Shown: piece by piece, positions 61,051 through 64,000 of the stretch
Position numbering within the stretch: position 1 is the stretch's first letter
Layout: every line of letters begins with the position of its first letter
DNA from: Podarcis tiliguerta
Taxonomy: Eukaryota
Reading direction: 5' to 3' (one strand)
NCBI GenBank assembly: GCA_965153285.1
Contig: OZ229110.1
DNA: 64,000 nucleotides
Made by a program: the position numbers and the translations under genes
The notes under the pieces: model-generated
Seen by the model: only the letters and a program-made list of their open reading frames with translations
Told to the model about the DNA's origin: nothing
Databases searched by the model: none

Positions 61051-63380
61051 TTGTTGTTGTTGTTGTTGTTTAGTTGTGTCTGACTTTCATGACCCCATGG
61101 ACCAGAGCACGCCAGTCACATTTGTCTTCCACTGCATCCCGCAGCTTGGTCAAACTCATGTTAGTAGCTTTGAGAACACTGTCCAACCATCTCGTCTTCT
61201 GTCATCCCCTTCTTCTTGTGCCCTCAATCTTTCCCAGCATCAGGGTCTTTTCCAGGGAGTCTTCTCTTCTCATGAGATGGCCAAAGTATTAGAGTCTCAG
61301 CTTCACGATCTGTCCTTCCAGTGAGCACTCAGGGCTGATTTCTTTCAGAATGGATAGGTTTGATCTTCTTGCAGACCATGGGACTCTCAAGAGTCTCCTC
61401 CAGCACCATAATTCAAAAGCATCAATTCTTCAGCGATGGTCCAGCTTTCTTCCATACATCACTGGTCCAGCTCTCACTTCCATACATCACTACTGGGAAA
61501 CATCACATACTGTTTAAGCCTGCCTTATAGAATTTTAAGCATAACCTTGCTAGCGTGTGAAACGAGTTCAATTGTGCGGTAGTTGGAGCATTCTTTGGCA
61601 CTGCCTTTCTTTGGGATTGGGATGTAGACTGATCTTCTCCAATCCTCTGGCCACTGCTGAGTTTTCCAAACTTGCTGGCATATTGAGTGTAGCATCTTAA
61701 CAGCATCATCTTTTAAAATTTTAAGTAGTTCAGCTGGAATACCATCACTTCCACTAGCCTTGTTATTAGCAGTGCTTTCTATGGCCCATTTGACTTTACT
61801 CTCCAGGATGTTGGGCTCAAGGTCAGCAACCACACTACCTGGGGTGTACGAGACATCCATATCTTTCTGGTATAATTCCTCTGTGTATTCTTGCCATCTC
61901 TTCTTGATGTCTTCTGCTTCTGTTAGGTCGTTACTACTTTTGTCCTTTATTATGGTAATCTTTGTACGAAAAGTTACTTTCATATCTCCAGTTTTCTTGA
62001 ACAGACCTCTGGTTTTCCCCATTCTATTGTTTTCCTCTATTTCTTTGCATTGCTTGTTTAAGAAGGCCCTCTTGTCTCTCCTTGCTATTTTTCGGAAATC
62101 TGCATTCAATTTCCTATATCTTTCACTATCTCCCTCACATTTTGCTTGCCTTCTCTCCCCCACTATTTGTAAGGCCTCACTGGACAGCCACTTTGCTTTC
62201 TTGCATTTCCTTTTCATTGGGATAGTTTTCGTTGCTGCCTCCTGTATAATTTTACGAGTCTCCATCCATAATTCTTCAGGCACTCTGTCCACCAAATCTA
62301 AATCCTTAAACATGTTCCTCACTTCCACTGTGTATTCATAAGGGATTTGATTTAGATTGTGTCTTGCTGGCCCAGTGGTTTTTCCTACTTTCTTCAGTTT
62401 AAGCTGGAATTTTGCTATAAGAAGCTGATGATCTGAGCCACAGTCAACTCCAGGTCTTGTTTTTGCTGACTGTATAGAGCTTCTCCATCTTTGGCTGCAG
62501 AGAATATAATCAATCTGATTTCGATGCTGCCCATCTGGTGATGTCCATGTGTAGAGTCGTGACAAAGAGTGTTTGTGATGACCAGCTTGCTGTCTTGATA
62601 GAACTCTGTTAGCCTTTGCCCTGCTTCGTTTTGAACTCCAAGGCCAAACTTGCCAGTTGTTCCTTTTATCTCTTGACTGCCTACTTTAGCATTCCAATCC
62701 CCTATAATGAGAAGAACATCCTTTTTGGTGTCATTTCTAGAAGTAAGTCTTCATAGAACTGGTCAATTTCAGTTTCTTCAGCACCAATAGTTGGTGCATA
62801 AACCTGGATTACTGTGATGTTAAAAGATCTGCCTTGGATTTGTATCAAGATCATTTTATCATTTTTGAGATTGCATCCCAGTACAGCTTTCACCACTCTT
62901 TTGTTGACTATGAGGACCACTCCATTTCTTTTACAGGATTCTTGCCCACAGTAGTAGATATGATGGTCATCCGAACTGAATTCACCCATTCCTGTCCATT
63001 TTAGTTCACTGATGCCCAGGATGTCAATATTTATTCTTGCCATCTCATTTTTGACCACATCCAGCTTACCCAGGTTCATGGTTCTTACATTCCAGGTTCC
63101 TATGCAATATTTTTCTTTACAGCATTGGACTTTCCTTTCGCTTCCAGGCATATCTGCAACTGAGCGACCTTTTGGCTTTGGCCCAGCCGCTTCATCAGCT
63201 CTGAATCTACTTGTACTTGTCCTCCGCTCCTCCTCAGTAGCATGTTGGATGCCTTCCGACCTGAGGGGCTCATCTTCCAGCATCATAACCTTTATATGCC
63301 TGTTGTCTTTGTCCATGGAGTTTTCTTGGCAGGGATACTGGAATGGCTTGCCAGTTCCTGCTCCAGGTGGATCACGATTG
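61051..63380 (-). mobile_element. BovB LINE with EN domain and 3' end but RT core deleted
   Basis: ORFs 62702-63427 (IGTWNVRTMN...LGISELKW) and 61525-62565 (NQIDYILC...SDHQLL); (CAA)n tail at 61051-61070; junction near 61503 skips the YADD region. Confidence 0.96.
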
Positions 63381-63519
63381 CAGCTGCTTTCTTCTTCCCA
63401 TCCTCCTGCTGCTGTGAGCAAAGCCATGGTTTGCTGTCATCCAAACCCAGGCTTGTGGTTTGTCTTGCTCCAGATAAACCACAACCTGTAACGAAGGTTT
63501 ACAGCTTGTGATTTGTGCT

Positions 63520-63830
63520 TCAACCTCTCACTGAGATCCAGCACTAAAGGCCTTCTGGTGGTTCCCATACTGTGCGAAATGAAGCTACAGGGAACCAGGC
63601 AGAGGGCCTTCTTGGTAGTGGCACCCGCCCTGTGGAATGCCCTCCCATCAGATGTTAAGGAGTAATTCTGTAACATTTAGGAAATATCTGAAGGCAGCCC
63701 TGTATGGGGAAGCTTTTTAAGGTTTAATGTTTGACTATGTTTTTGTGTGTGCTGGAGGCCACCCAGAGTGTCTGGGGCAGCCTAGTCTGATGAATGGGGT
63801 GCAAATAATAAATTATTATTATAACAATAA
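63520..63830 (+). mobile_element. L2 LINE 3' end
   Basis: gagggccttcttggtagtggcacccgccctgtggaatgccctccc (RAF.VVAP.LWNALP) and an AAT/TAT tail. Confidence 0.85.
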
Positions 63831-64000
63831 ATTATTATTATTTTGGAACAGATTTATGTTTCCTGTGGAGAGCAATGGATTAATCCATACTGGACTATGA
63901 CTCAGCAGAAGAAACGTCTCCAGCTTAGTAATTTAGCATCTGATATAACTGCTATTCGTGCCTACTGTGCCATGCGAAACACAACAAGTGAGCAGATTGC

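Noticed and set aside
61760-62341. Long antisense ORFs over BovB (193 aa here; also 32090-32662, 1949-2254, 63012-63491)
   Set aside because: They are shadow ORFs on the opposite strand of LINE coding sequence, not independent genes.

Overview
This window is vertebrate nuclear DNA from a squamate reptile, most likely a lacertid lizard; this is inferred from Sauria SINEs with (ACCTTT)n tails, a Squam3-like SINE and BovB LINEs. It is repeat-rich, has four assembly gaps, and contains no prokaryotic features or CRISPR arrays. All long ORFs come from retrotransposons. These are four BovB (RTE) copies, including a 47-bp tip and a copy missing its RT core, plus L2, L1/Tx1, CR1 and RTE-1 fragments. 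There are also many Tc1/mariner (TA target) and hAT (8-bp target) MITEs, three TSD-flanked Sauria SINEs and LTR-like elements. Four things stand out. (1) A ~1.1-kb non-coding L1-type insertion (12597-14097) whose head carries a consensus CTCF motif next to a YY1 motif. (2) A five-layer nested transposon stack at 24876-26015, with target duplications readable (two imperfectly) at every layer. (3) A chain of phase-compatible + strand exons at 55939-59239 encoding a protein I cannot identify. (4) A weaker chain of - strand candidate exons between 28.7 kb and 3.7 kb. Exon models come only from splice signals and frame continuity and are unverified. I found no clearly new biological system; item (1) is the best candidate for an undescribed element family.
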